A stretch of DNA of 64,000 nt, taken from assembly GCA_037142675.1 (NCBI GenBank), contig JBAXAF010000004.1:326-64325 (forward strand), written 5' to 3'. Origin of the DNA: Candidatus Berkelbacteria bacterium (lineage in GTDB: Bacteria > Patescibacteriota > UBA1384 > XYA2-FULL-43-10 > CAINNR01). The position numbers were made by a program, and so were the translations under genes. Positions 38,898-49,429 of the stretch are shown here, piece by piece (position 1 is the first letter of the stretch; every line of letters starts with the position of its first letter). The notes beneath the pieces were generated by a model. The model was not told where the DNA came from and searched no databases. It saw only the letters and a list, made by a program, of their open reading frames with translations.

Positions 38898-38973
38898 GCC
38901 CGCGTAGCTCAGTGGATAGAGCGTCCGGTTGCGGTCCGGAAGGTCGTTGGTCCGATTCCAATCGCGGGTACCA
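38898..38973 (+). tRNA. tRNA, Arg-like (anticodon read as GCG; atypical T-loop)
   Basis: gcccgcgtagctcagtggatagagcg tccgg ttgcggt ccgga...cgcgggtacca; T-loop tccgatt deviates from TTCGAAT, so the call is tentative. Confidence 0.5.
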
Positions 38974-39041
38974 AGCCGCTTTGCGGCAAGCAAAAAGTTT
39001 ATCAAGTTCATAAAGTTGAAAGTTCAAGGAAAGATTACTTT

Positions 39042-40310
39042 ATGCCGGAAATTAGAAAACTTAAAAACGGAATTACGCTGGTTTTATCCGAAGAAAAAAG
39101 AACTGAGGCTGTGAGCCTCATTGTTTATATTGGTGCCGGTTCTCGTTACGAAGATGATCGTGTCGCTGGTATGACTCATTTTTTGGAGCACATTCTATTT
39201 GATGGGACCGAAAAAAGACCGACAGCGCTAGATGTAACAAAGGAAATTGATGCCATTGGTGCTGATGTTAATGCTCATCCAATGGAGGAATACACCAACT
39301 TTCACATTAAGGCGGCGGCTGAGCACCTGGAAATTATCGCAGATATTTTTTCCGACATGCTACTGAATTCTCGGATTACCGAAGCAGACATTGCCAAGGA
39401 AAAGAAAGTTATTGCCGAAGAGATCAAGATGCGAACTGATATTGCTCCGAGCCACGTATTCAATGTTTTTGATGAGGCAATTTTCGCAGGGAATAATTTG
39501 GGTCGTTATGCCGCCGGTGAACTTGAAGTGATTGATAATATCTCCAGAGATGATGTTATAGATTTCTATAAAAAGTACTATCTTGGAAACAATGTTTTTA
39601 TCTCAGTTTGTGGTAATTTTGCTGGCAGGACGGCTGACGAAATTTCAGATTTAATCGAATCAAAGTTTAATTTTCCTAGCGGTATTGTTAAATTAGAAAA
39701 ATCTCTTGAATTTAAACAGGAGAAATTGCGTTTTTTGGCTAAAAACAGTCAGCAAACGAACTTTATTGTCGGTTATTATGGCTGCTCTTTTAATTCACCT
39801 GATCGTATTGGGCTTAAGCTTTTGTCGATAATTCTTGGTGGTAATATGAGTTCGCGACTTCACACCGAACTCCGGGAAAAAAGAGGCCTGGCTTATGATG
39901 TTAGAACTTTTAGTTCATCAATCTCTGACATTGGAATTATCGAAACTGTTGCCGGGGTTGCCGATGAAAAGGCCGGCGAAGCGCTGTCCGCGGTTATTGC
40001 AGAGTATGAAAAGACTAAAGCCGGCGTCACAGAAGATGAACTTTCGATGGCAAAGTCCTATCTTTTGGGTCAAATGAAGATTGGTTTCGAAGATTCAGAA
40101 AATTTTGGTGAGTTTAATTTATCACAAGTTTTTTATACTGGTAGCACTGAAACACTCTCGGATATTTCGGAAAAAATTGCTAAAATAACTACAGCGGATA
40201 TTAAAAATTTAGCTAATAAATATTTTGATAACAAAAAACTTTCTGTTGCCGTGATTGCTAAAGAGGCTGTTCGGCAGGAAATTGAAGCAATAATAAAAAA
40301 TATTAAATAG
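39042..40310 (+). CDS. M16-family zinc peptidase (insulinase-like)
   Basis: HFLEHILFDG inverted zincin motif HxxEH. Confidence 0.82.
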   Translation: MPEIRKLKNGITLVLSEEKRTEAVSLIVYIGAGSRYEDDRVAGMTHFLEHILFDGTEKRPTALDVTKEIDAIGADVNAHPMEEYTNFHIKAAAEHLEIIADIFSDMLLNSRITEADIAKEKKVIAEEIKMRTDIAPSHVFNVFDEAIFAGNNLGRYAAGELEVIDNISRDDVIDFYKKYYLGNNVFISVCGNFAGRTADEISDLIESKFNFPSGIVKLEKSLEFKQEKLRFLAKNSQQTNFIVGYYGCSFNSPDRIGLKLLSIILGGNMSSRLHTELREKRGLAYDVRTFSSSISDIGIIETVAGVADEKAGEALSAVIAEYEKTKAGVTEDELSMAKSYLLGQMKIGFEDSENFGEFNLSQVFYTGSTETLSDISEKIAKITTADIKNLANKYFDNKKLSVAVIAKEAVRQEIEAIIKNIK

Positions 40311-40317
40311 GAGAAAT

Positions 40318-40920
40318 ATGGAAAAACCAAAAGTTGAACGAACAATGATTGCTATCAAATCCGAATCAATTCAGCGGCAGATTATAGGTGAACTTCTGAC
40401 TAAGTTTGAAAAACGTGGACTTAAAATGACCGCCTGCAAAATGTTGGCACCAGATGCGGAGTTGATTGGCAAACATTATGCGGATGACGAATCCTGGTAC
40501 GTCTCATCTGGAACAAAAACTAGGGCTAATTATGAGGCGAAAGGGGATAAGGATTTGTTAGAGCCGATTGAATACGGGAAAAGAACTAGGGATCTTTTAA
40601 TGGATAGTCTAAAAGATCGCCCAATTTTGGTAATGATTTGGGAGGGACCGCACGCAGTCGCACTTGGAAGAAAGACCGCTGGTGCAACTAATCCGTTGAT
40701 TGCAGATATTGGCTCTATTCGAGGTGATTACAGCCACGATTCCTATGAAGTTTCTGACGAGGTTAAGCGGTCAATCCAGACTTTAGTTCATGCATCCGGA
40801 TCGAGCGAAGAGGCCGAGACCGAAATTGCAATCTGGTTTCGCCCTGAAGAAATTCTTAATTACGATTTAGTTTTGGAAAATGTTTTTTTTACCCAAGATT
40901 GGGGACGAGTCAAACGCTGA
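40318..40920 (+). CDS. ndk: Nucleoside diphosphate kinase (with insertion)
   Basis: ERTMIAIKSESIQRQIIGELLTKFEKRGLKM...GATNPLIADIGSIRGDY. Confidence 0.8.
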   Translation: MEKPKVERTMIAIKSESIQRQIIGELLTKFEKRGLKMTACKMLAPDAELIGKHYADDESWYVSSGTKTRANYEAKGDKDLLEPIEYGKRTRDLLMDSLKDRPILVMIWEGPHAVALGRKTAGATNPLIADIGSIRGDYSHDSYEVSDEVKRSIQTLVHASGSSEEAETEIAIWFRPEEILNYDLVLENVFFTQDWGRVKR

Positions 40921-40988
40921 AGCGCAATTTCTAATTTCTAGACTCTAATTTCTAATAAATATCTAATGTCAAAATGTCTAATTAGCGC

Positions 40989-42128
40989 TTGAATCATTGG
41001 AAATTTATTAGATCGATTAGGGCAATTAGGTTAATTATGAATTATCTCGTAGCTTTTATTGCGACACTTATCCTCTCGGTATTATTTACCGGAGTAGTTC
41101 GCAATTTTGCGCTGAAAAAAAACTTGGCTCCGGAGTTGCGGGATCGCGATGTCCACAAAAACCGCGTGCCTCGAATTGGTGGTCTGGCAATTTTCGCTGC
41201 TTTTTTCATTATCTCAATTATTTATTTTGCTTTCATTAATCCGCACGCAACCATAGGCGCTGGGCAGTGGCTCGGTCGCGACAAACGAATTGTTAGTATT
41301 TGGTTTTCTACTTTGATTATTGTTGGCGCAATGCTCTACGATGATCTTCGCGGCCTTTCAGCTTGGAAAAAATTTGGTTTTCAAGCATTAGCTGCGCTAA
41401 TTGTTGTTGCCGGAGGAATTGGAGTTGGGACACTATCAAATCCATTCGGACATGCAATCAATTTGAACTCAGTTATTATTAGCTTCAATATTTTTGGTGC
41501 CACTCATCACATTTGGCTTTGGTCGGATTTACTAGCGTTTTTCTGGCTTATTGGTATGATGAATGTCATTAACTTTATTGACGGGATTGATGGGTTGGCG
41601 GCTGGTGTTTCCGGCATAGCCGCCTTCATTATTTTTATGCTTAGTTTGGCTGTTAGCCAAAGCGCTGTGGCAATGATAGCCATTGTGCTTTGTGGCGCAG
41701 CAATCGGGTTCCTCTATTGGAACTTTTACCCGGCAAAAATTTTTATGGGTGATTCCGGCTCAATGTTCCTTGGTTTTATGCTGGGGGTCCTGCCATTAAT
41801 TTCCGGTGGGAAACTGGCCACAGCCTTTTTAGTACTAGGTTTTGCCATTGTCGACGGTTTAATTGTCGCTGGCGCCCGCATTCTTCGAGGAAAAAATCCT
41901 TTTACTACTGCGGACAAAACTCACTTGCACCACCGATTTTTAGCTGCCGGTTTTTCCGTACCAGCAACAGTTCTCTCGCTTTATGCTATTGCTGCACTTT
42001 TTGGTTGGGTGGCTTTGCGTTCAACGACACTGAACAAAATTATCGCTTCCAGTTTTCTAATTGTTGTCATTGCCTCGTTAATATTAATTTTGAATCAAAT
42101 AAAGAAAATTCGAAATCCTAAACCCTAA
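40989..42128 (+). CDS. MraY/WecA-family polyprenyl-phosphate N-acetylhexosamine-1-phosphate transferase
   Basis: MMNVINFIDGIDGLAAG and FMGDSGSMFLGF motifs; alternative start MNYLVAF at 41036. Confidence 0.8.
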   Translation: MNHWKFIRSIRAIRLIMNYLVAFIATLILSVLFTGVVRNFALKKNLAPELRDRDVHKNRVPRIGGLAIFAAFFIISIIYFAFINPHATIGAGQWLGRDKRIVSIWFSTLIIVGAMLYDDLRGLSAWKKFGFQALAALIVVAGGIGVGTLSNPFGHAINLNSVIISFNIFGATHHIWLWSDLLAFFWLIGMMNVINFIDGIDGLAAGVSGIAAFIIFMLSLAVSQSAVAMIAIVLCGAAIGFLYWNFYPAKIFMGDSGSMFLGFMLGVLPLISGGKLATAFLVLGFAIVDGLIVAGARILRGKNPFTTADKTHLHHRFLAAGFSVPATVLSLYAIAALFGWVALRSTTLNKIIASSFLIVVIASLILILNQIKKIRNPKP

Positions 42129-42240
42129 ATTCTAGACAAATCCAAATGACCAAAAATCAAAAATTCAAAAATTTTTTGAGCATTAAAACATTTGTATTTT
42201 GGAATTTTTTAGAGTTTAGATATTAGAATTTAGAGCTTGG
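42120..42240. repeat. AT-rich intergenic repeat (family member)
   Basis: cctaaaccctaaattctagacaaatccaaatgacc...ttagagtttagatattagaatttagag. Confidence 0.5.
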
Positions 42241-42367
42241 AGTGGTCATGTTTGAGCACAATGGAAAAAAGTGGGTAAAAATTGTTTTTATAGTTTTGTT
42301 AGTTTTAATGCTGGTCTTCACCATTCTGCCATTTTTGGGTAGCCTAAAATGATACAATAGTAATGTT

Positions 42368-42850
42368 ATGAATAATTCTGACTTCACATTTAAAGGTCAG
42401 CGGCCAGATGAGAAGGTTTTTAATGTTGTCCGTCGGCATCCAATAGTTTTCTTTTGGTCACTTTTGCAATCAACACTGGCGTTGGCAGTAGCTATCATCG
42501 TTCTAATTTATTTTGATTTTGGTGATATGTTCTACATCATTGGTGGTCTGGCGGCGTTATTCATTTTTGCCGTCGTCTCCAAAGTTTGGTTTATTTACGC
42601 CAATAGTTTTTGTCTAATTACCAGCCAGCGAGTGATAAATGTTGATCAGCGTGGATTTTTTAATCGTCAAATTACTGAAACCGAGTTTTCAAAAATTCAG
42701 GATGTAACGAATTCCACCTCTGGAATGATTGGTACAACACTAAATGTCGGTCAGATTGAAATTCAAACTGCCGGCAAGGAGAACAAATTAACTATCAAAC
42801 ATATTCCAGATCCGTACCAAGTTCAGCAAGAAATCACAAAAAATATTTAG
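42368..42850 (+). CDS. Membrane protein with bacterial PH-like domain
   Basis: Two TM helices then a beta-rich domain. Confidence 0.5.
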   Translation: MNNSDFTFKGQRPDEKVFNVVRRHPIVFFWSLLQSTLALAVAIIVLIYFDFGDMFYIIGGLAALFIFAVVSKVWFIYANSFCLITSQRVINVDQRGFFNRQITETEFSKIQDVTNSTSGMIGTTLNVGQIEIQTAGKENKLTIKHIPDPYQVQQEITKNI

Positions 42851-42854
42851 AGTA

Positions 42855-45800
42855 CTAGGTTATATTTTCGTTTCCGACTATCTCTTTTAATTTTCTCTTA
42901 ACTACTGGGCTTAAGTCAAGGCGGTTTTTTATTTTGATCTCTTCCCAGCCCTCACCATTTTTCGGTACTTTCATAATTACCGGGCTAGTTCCAGGGTGAG
43001 TTGCAATTACAGTTTTTATGTCCTTTAAAATGTGCGGTGCTGAGCCACGAGGTATGGTAATTTGCAGTGGTTCAGGTTTGGTATCAATTGGTGCTGCTGG
43101 CGCTTTTGCTGCTGGCGCTGGTTGATTATATCCTCCGGAATATCCACCGCCATTACCGCCTCCTCCACCGCCCCAACTATTTAATTTCTTCTTTCCCCTG
43201 GGCACGAAATCGGGGATTTTATCATCGCCAACAGGAAAAATTTCTTCGGCTAGTATTTTTAGTTCGCCATCTTTGTTGCTAATGTAGCCATCGACAACAA
43301 CAACCCTGTCCGGTGTGAAAATTGTCGGCGTGGCAGCGAAAATTTTCGGAAAAACCAGAACTTCAATGTTTTTTGTTTGATCTTCGACTTTAATAAAAGC
43401 CATTTTCTGACTATGTTTTTTGGTGATTATTTCCTGAACATTCATAATAATTCCAGCAACTCGGACAAATTGATTGTCCATTTCAGCTGAAATCTCGATC
43501 ATTTTCTTCTGTTGATGAGGTTCAATTAAGGGCGCAATTTCAGACAATGGATGCTCGGAAACGTACATCCCTAAAAGCTCGCGCTCCCAGGCCAATCGTT
43601 GTTTCTTCTCGGCTGGCTGTGTGGCCTCGAATTCAATTTTGGCAGTTGCAATTACGTCTTCACTGAAAAGTGATGACTGATTGGTGTCTCGATTCTTTTT
43701 GGCGCCAGCAGCGAATGCCAGCATTCGTTCCATGTTGAATATCAGCTCGTTGCGCTCAGCTAAATCATCTAAGGCTCCAGCCATCGCTAGTGCCTCTAGG
43801 GATTTTTTGTTAATCACTTTTGATCCGAGCCGCAACAGAACATCGGCAACGTCTTTGAATTTGCCATTATTTTTTCGATCCTCAACAATTTCTTCTGCCA
43901 CCGCAGACCCGACATGTTTTATGGCCGAGAGCCCAAACCTGACATTACCGGTTTCTTTCACCACACCGAAGTCGACAAATGATTCGTTAATCGACGGTGG
44001 AAGCACGGCAATTCCCATTCGTTTACACTCCTCAATTTCCATTGCCAATTTATCCAAATCATCTTTGTTTGAGGTCATAAGTGCCGACATATACTCTGGC
44101 GGAAAGTTGGATTTCAGATAGGCTGTTTGATAGGCGACCAAAGCATAGCTAGCAGCGTGAGCTTTGTTAAAACCGTAACCGGCAAATGTTTCTATTTGAG
44201 TCCAAAGTTCGTTGGTTGTGGCCTCGCTCATACCTCGCTCAATAATTTGGCGGAAAAATTTATCTTTTTGCGCTGACATTTCTTTAATGATTTTTTTGCC
44301 GATTGCTTTACGGAATTTATCAACCTCTTCCCAGTTGTAGCCGGCGAGTTCAATAGCAATCATTAAAACATCGTCTTGATAAACAATTAGCCCCAGCGAC
44401 TGCTTTAAAACCGCTTCTAGTCGTGGGTCGGAGTATTTGATTCTTGATGGATTGTGTTTCCTGGCAACATATTCGGGAATAAAGGCCATTGGCCCTGGGC
44501 GGTAGAGCGCCACCATGGCCATAATGTCGAGAATGGTTGTCGGCCGAAGTTCCTTAATGTTTTTGCGCATGCCTTCTGATTCGAGTTGGAAAACACCAAT
44601 TGTTTCGCCGCGCGAGAGCATTTCGTAAGTTTTTTTGTCATCAAGCGGGATTTCGTCCAATATTATTTGAACGCCTTGAGTTTTGGCGATGATCTTTATA
44701 ACATTTTGAATAATTGACAGGTTCGCTAAGCCCAAGAAGTCCATTTTAATTAAGCCAATACCGTCCTCACCCACGGCGTGCATTTCGTATTGAGTAATTA
44801 GACGGTCGCCCTTAGCATCCATCATAACCGGCGTATAGTTCGTAATCTCTTCCGGGGCAATAACAACACCGGCAGCGTGGACAGATGCATGTCTAACGAC
44901 GCCCTCGAGCCTTCTGGCAATATCAATGCACTGTTTAACCCTTGGGTCAGAGTCGTATAAATTTCGTAGTTCGGCCACTTCTTTTAGCGCTTTATCTAAA
45001 GTGGTTTTTAGCGGCGGAATTAATTTGGCAATGATATCAACCTCGGAGTAACTCATGCCGAGTACGCGGCCGACGTCGCGGACGGCCATTCTGGCTGCCA
45101 TAGTTCCAAAGGTAATAATTTGTGCCACGTGGTCGCTGCCGTATTTGTTGGAAACATAGCGAATAATTTCGTCCCGCCCAGCGTCAGCAATATCAGCGTC
45201 AATATCAGGCGCAGATGGACGAAATGGATTTAAAAATCGTTCAAAAGGTAAGTTATAATCAAAAGGATTTAATTGTTTGCCGGTAATTCCTAGTGCGTAG
45301 GAGATGAAGCAGCCGGCTGCTGAGCCCCTGGTATTGGTTGGGATTCCTTGTTGCTTGGCAAAGTGAAAGAAGTCTTGAACAATTAAAAAGTAGCCTAAAT
45401 ACCCCTTGTCCTTAATTACTTTGAATTCATAATCAATACGTTCGCGGATTCGCGGAGTAATTTCTGAAACTATTTTTGGCAATCTTTCATCAATAAGTTT
45501 GCGTAAGTATGTTTCGTATGTTTCACCAGCCGGCAGCGGAAACTCTGGGAACCTAAATTTACCGAGCTCAATTTGCACGTCGCATTTATTCATGACCTCA
45601 ATTGTATTGGTTAGCACTTCTGGGTGGTCGGGGAAGTTGCTCGACATTTGGGCGTGAGTTAGGAGAGAATAGTCATCGCCTGCCATTGTCATTCTGTTGG
45701 TGTCGCCGACTAACTTACCAGTTTGCAAACAAATCAGCGCGTCGTGAGCAATGTTGTCATCTGAATTAACGTAGTGCGGATCGTTTGTGGCAATAACTTT

Positions 45801-46421
45801 TAATCCAAATTCTTCGGCCAGCTTAAAAATATTGTTGTTGGCAATTTTTTGTTCCGGCACAGTGTTTGGGTGATGTTGAACTTCAAGATAAAAATCCTCT
45901 TTGGGGAAAATTTCCAAATATTCTTTTAGCGCTTTTCTGCCCTCCTCAATATTTTCCAATGATTTTCGCGGGATTTCTCCCTGGACGCAAGCGGAGCAAG
46001 CAATTAAACCCTCAGAGTGCTCTTTGAGTAGTTTTTTGTCGATGCGCGGTTTGTAATAATAGCCATCCAAGTGGGCGAGTGATGTTAGTTTCATTAAGTT
46101 TCGGTAGCCGGCTTCATTTTTAGCTAATAAAATCAAGTGATAAGTAGAGGAGTCAACCCTTGGTTGCTTGTCTTTCATTGTCCTGGGCGCAACGTAGGTT
46201 TCAATACCTAGAATAGGCTTAATTCCTTGCTTGGTGCACTCCTCATAAAACTCAACAATGCCGTGCATCACGCCGTGGTCAGTTAAAGCTAATGCCGGCT
46301 GCCCATCATTTTTAGCCTTTGCTACCAAATCAGGAATCTTGCCCATGCCGTCTAGCATAGAATAATGTGAGTGAACGTGGAGATGCACAAAGTCTTTAGT
46401 TTTTGGTTTGTCGTCAGGCAT
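42855..46421 (-). CDS. dnaE: DNA polymerase III alpha subunit
   Basis: 1188 aa; PHP domain HLHVHSHYSMLDG; polymerase core. Confidence 0.93.
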   Translation of the reverse strand: MPDDKPKTKDFVHLHVHSHYSMLDGMGKIPDLVAKAKNDGQPALALTDHGVMHGIVEFYEECTKQGIKPILGIETYVAPRTMKDKQPRVDSSTYHLILLAKNEAGYRNLMKLTSLAHLDGYYYKPRIDKKLLKEHSEGLIACSACVQGEIPRKSLENIEEGRKALKEYLEIFPKEDFYLEVQHHPNTVPEQKIANNNIFKLAEEFGLKVIATNDPHYVNSDDNIAHDALICLQTGKLVGDTNRMTMAGDDYSLLTHAQMSSNFPDHPEVLTNTIEVMNKCDVQIELGKFRFPEFPLPAGETYETYLRKLIDERLPKIVSEITPRIRERIDYEFKVIKDKGYLGYFLIVQDFFHFAKQQGIPTNTRGSAAGCFISYALGITGKQLNPFDYNLPFERFLNPFRPSAPDIDADIADAGRDEIIRYVSNKYGSDHVAQIITFGTMAARMAVRDVGRVLGMSYSEVDIIAKLIPPLKTTLDKALKEVAELRNLYDSDPRVKQCIDIARRLEGVVRHASVHAAGVVIAPEEITNYTPVMMDAKGDRLITQYEMHAVGEDGIGLIKMDFLGLANLSIIQNVIKIIAKTQGVQIILDEIPLDDKKTYEMLSRGETIGVFQLESEGMRKNIKELRPTTILDIMAMVALYRPGPMAFIPEYVARKHNPSRIKYSDPRLEAVLKQSLGLIVYQDDVLMIAIELAGYNWEEVDKFRKAIGKKIIKEMSAQKDKFFRQIIERGMSEATTNELWTQIETFAGYGFNKAHAASYALVAYQTAYLKSNFPPEYMSALMTSNKDDLDKLAMEIEECKRMGIAVLPPSINESFVDFGVVKETGNVRFGLSAIKHVGSAVAEEIVEDRKNNGKFKDVADVLLRLGSKVINKKSLEALAMAGALDDLAERNELIFNMERMLAFAAGAKKNRDTNQSSLFSEDVIATAKIEFEATQPAEKKQRLAWERELLGMYVSEHPLSEIAPLIEPHQQKKMIEISAEMDNQFVRVAGIIMNVQEIITKKHSQKMAFIKVEDQTKNIEVLVFPKIFAATPTIFTPDRVVVVDGYISNKDGELKILAEEIFPVGDDKIPDFVPRGKKKLNSWGGGGGGNGGGYSGGYNQPAPAAKAPAAPIDTKPEPLQITIPRGSAPHILKDIKTVIATHPGTSPVIMKVPKNGEGWEEIKIKNRLDLSPVVKRKLKEIVGNENIT

Positions 46422-46518
46422 TTTGTCTGGCTTAATCTTATATTTTATGGTAGAATTACGATTGAATTAAGAATTATGAATTAAGAATTATGGCAAAAAC
46501 ATTCATGATTCATACCTC

Positions 46519-47784
46519 ATGATTCATAATTCATTTTATTTTGTGTTGGGTCGGGAAAATAAAATTAGCCAAACAGAATTGGAGTGCGTTTTGGCTAGTT
46601 TTGATTTTGGTTTTTCCCCCGCGAACATTTCTATCTTATCTGATCAAGTTTTAGAGATCAAACTAGAGGCTAGCAGCGACCAAGTCAAAAAATTAATTGA
46701 AATTCTTGGCGGCACGGTGAAAATCTTTCAGAAAATCGCTCCAGCTAATGAAAAAATCGAGAATCTGCTTTTGGCTGAAGATAAATCATCAAAAATAATT
46801 TTTGGCTTATCAAATTACTCTGTTGCCAAGGTCGATACCTTTCGAATGGCGTTGTCGGCTAAAAAGGCGGCAAAAAAATCAATTCGAATTATCGACGGCA
46901 AAGAGGGTGGCAGACTTTCAAGCGCTCAATCTTTTCAGTACAAAATGGATATTGATAATGTTGAGTATGGTTTATTTGAAACTGGAATTGGCAAGTTAAT
47001 TGCAGTGCAAAATATCAACGAGTGGACTCGCCACGACTACGGTAAGCCAAAGTCAGACGCTAAATCAGGCATGTTGCCACCGAAACTGGCTAGAATGATG
47101 GTGAACTTGGCCGTAGGCCAAGTTAATGACGAAACCAGAATTAATAATGACGAAGACAGTGGTTCCTCATTCCTCATTCGTCATTCGGGTTTACGACCTT
47201 TGGTCGTTGATCCCTTTTGTGGTTCGGGAAACGTTTTAATTGAGGCAGTTTCTGTTGGTTGTAATGTCGTTGGTTCTGATCTGTCAGAAAAAGCTGTATC
47301 TGACACGAAAGAAAATCTTGAATGGTTCCTTAAATCAGTCATCCCCGATCCAGTCGGGGATCCACTAATAGTAGATTCCCGCCTTTGCGGGAATGACATT
47401 GTTGTTGCTGATGCCGCTAAGTTTGACTTCTCTGACATCAAAGAAGATTTTATCATCGCCACTGAGCCATTTTTAGGCCAACCGCGAACATCAAAATTAC
47501 GAATCGAAGAAGAGGCCGAAGCCAAAAGCGAAATTACTCAATTGTATATGGATTTTCTTCGCAACTTGAAGCTAACAGCCAATAGCCAAAAGCTGAAAGC
47601 TATCGCAATAGTTTTTCCTCTCTTTGAACTGGCCAATGGAAAAAAGTTATCAATTTTCAATGATTGTGTTGACTTTATCCGTGATATCGGCTACACTACT
47701 GTTTGTCCACCTTTGGAATATGGACGTGATTATCAAGTTGTCAAACGACAAATCGTTATATTAAAGCTATCAGCTGACAGCTAA
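46519..47784 (+). CDS. THUMP/UPF0020-type class I SAM-dependent RNA methyltransferase-like protein
   Basis: DPFCGSGNVLIEA motif I; PPKLARMMVNLA. Confidence 0.6.
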   Translation: MIHNSFYFVLGRENKISQTELECVLASFDFGFSPANISILSDQVLEIKLEASSDQVKKLIEILGGTVKIFQKIAPANEKIENLLLAEDKSSKIIFGLSNYSVAKVDTFRMALSAKKAAKKSIRIIDGKEGGRLSSAQSFQYKMDIDNVEYGLFETGIGKLIAVQNINEWTRHDYGKPKSDAKSGMLPPKLARMMVNLAVGQVNDETRINNDEDSGSSFLIRHSGLRPLVVDPFCGSGNVLIEAVSVGCNVVGSDLSEKAVSDTKENLEWFLKSVIPDPVGDPLIVDSRLCGNDIVVADAAKFDFSDIKEDFIIATEPFLGQPRTSKLRIEEEAEAKSEITQLYMDFLRNLKLTANSQKLKAIAIVFPLFELANGKKLSIFNDCVDFIRDIGYTTVCPPLEYGRDYQVVKRQIVILKLSADS

Positions 47785-47805
47785 TAGCTATTAGCTTAAA
47801 GAAAA

Positions 47806-48087
47806 ATGGCACATAAGAAAGCTGGCGGTAGTACAAGTTTAGGGCGGGATTCGGTCTCCAAGCGACTTGGGGTCAAGATTTTTGGTGATGAAAAAATTGT
47901 TGCTGGTAATATCATCATTCGTCAAAAAGGTACCAGATACTTGGCAGGTGCTAATGTTGGCGAGGGTAATGATCGCACACTTTATGCTAAAAAAGACGGT
48001 TTTGTTAAATATTCTCAAATCAAAAAAACTACATTTTCCGGTTCAAAGATCAAAAAGACCAGGGTTGCAGTAGCTGATCAAAAGTAA
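47806..48087 (+). CDS. rpmA: 50S ribosomal protein L27
   Basis: [27 protein letters not shown]... Confidence 0.92.
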   Translation: MAHKKAGGSTSLGRDSVSKRLGVKIFGDEKIVAGNIIIRQKGTRYLAGANVGEGNDRTLYAKKDGFVKYSQIKKTTFSGSKIKKTRVAVADQK

Positions 48088-48099
48088 GTTTCTGACAAA

Positions 48100-48640
48100 A
48101 GGCATCTTGAAAGATGTTTTTTGTCAGCCACTTGTTGTCGGCTGCATTCTGTGAAAACGGAGAGGTGCCCCAATGATTTGGGGAGTTGTATGGCAGACAT
48201 GCCCCTTAAGAGACGCGATAGCGCGTTCTCCATCCACGTAAGGGTAAGGTCCCAGATGAACATCGAAGCACACACCGTAGTCGTGCCTCCTGGTCTCTTG
48301 GGGCGAAGCCCCGTGACCTAGAGGCTACATTATGTCGAAGGATGCCAAGTCGAAAGAAGAGCCAGTAGAACAACGTCCTGGATCGCCAATGGCTAGCGCA
48401 CTGGCGACAGAGTGGGCGACTGGCTATTGGGGCGAGTCCAGTGTTGACGCACGCGGCAAGGCTGGGCAGAAGTAAAACAATAGTAAGCGCTCGAGGTTCA
48501 CGTGCGATTCCTCGATCGCAATCGAACAACACTCACTAATCTGGTGAGAGTTACCGCGAGAAAAGCGGATGTTTGCCCGGCGCAGGCGTGAGAGCCCCTG
48601 CGCCGCTCTCTCTGAGTTCAATCAATTGAAAATAGAGATG
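48100..48640. other. GC-rich 540-nt unassigned segment: candidate structured ncRNA and/or a 49-aa ORF (48332-48481)
   Basis: Markedly GC-rich versus flanks; many local hairpins (ccccaatgatttgggg, cggcgcaggcgtgagagcccctgcgccg); no convincing long ORF. Confidence 0.3.
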
Positions 48641-48682
48641 GGCGGATCAGAAAAATGACAAAATCAGAATGAAGAATGACGA

Positions 48683-49312
48683 ATGAAAGTAAAAGAAAAA
48701 ATTATGCACAAAGTAAACCTTTCAAAATTCATGAAAAAGAATATCCCCGACATTCACACCGGAGATACTGTTAAAGTTCACCAGAAAATCAAAGAAGGTG
48801 ACAAGGAGCGCGTACAGATTTTTGAAGGCCTGGTTATTGCCACCCACGGTGGGAAAAGCCTCGATGGTTCGTTTACTGTTCGCAAAGAATCATTTGGCGT
48901 TGGCGTTGAAAGAATTTTCCCAGTTCACTCCCCACGTGTTGTTAAAATAGAACGAATTAAACAATCAAAAGTTCGTCGAAGCAAACTATATTTTATGCGC
49001 GAACTTTCCGGTAAAAATGCCAGGTTGAAAGAATTAAATCGCGATTACGCAATGTGGGAAGAAAAAGGCGTTGAAGAAGAGCTAGAAAAAATCGCCGAAG
49101 AAACTGCCAAACTTGCTGAAGCCGCCGCCGCCGAAAAAGAAGCCGAAGAAGCCGAATTTGAGAAAAAGGCCGAAACTGCCATTAAAGCCCATGGTCACAC
49201 TCCTGGCGAAAATGAGCCAAAAGACGAAGAAGATGTTACTCCAGGCTCAGCCGAAGATGAGAAAAAAGCCCAGTCAACTGAAGAAAAAGCCGACAAAGCC
49301 GCAGAAAAATAA
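48683..49312 (+). CDS. rplS: 50S ribosomal protein L19 with Glu/Ala/Lys-rich C-terminal extension
   Basis: ...TGDTVKVHQKIKEGDKERVQIFEGLVIATHGG... Confidence 0.88.
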   Translation: MKVKEKIMHKVNLSKFMKKNIPDIHTGDTVKVHQKIKEGDKERVQIFEGLVIATHGGKSLDGSFTVRKESFGVGVERIFPVHSPRVVKIERIKQSKVRRSKLYFMRELSGKNARLKELNRDYAMWEEKGVEEELEKIAEETAKLAEAAAAEKEAEEAEFEKKAETAIKAHGHTPGENEPKDEEDVTPGSAEDEKKAQSTEEKADKAAEK

Positions 49313-49363
49313 TATTTACTTGCTCTATAGAAAAAACGCCCCAGAAATGGTGGCGTTTTTTGG
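49297..49363 (+). repeat. 67-nt direct repeat copy 1 (rplS 3' end plus terminator)
   Basis: agccgcagaaaaataatatttacttgctctatagaaaaaacgccccagaaatggtggcgttttttggt. Confidence 0.9.
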
Positions 49364-49429
49364 TGTTGTTGATTTATTTGATGTGATACAATTATTTTAA
49401 ATATTTCAAATAAAAACTAGGAGCACAAA

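Noticed and set aside
48100-48640. RNase P RNA or tmRNA identity for the GC-rich segment
   Set aside because: Neither the P4 strands (AGGAAAGUCCGGGC / ACAGAANCCGGCUUA) nor a tRNA-like T-arm/acceptor end nor a convincing tag-peptide frame could be found by eye on either strand. Left as unassigned pending covariance-model search.
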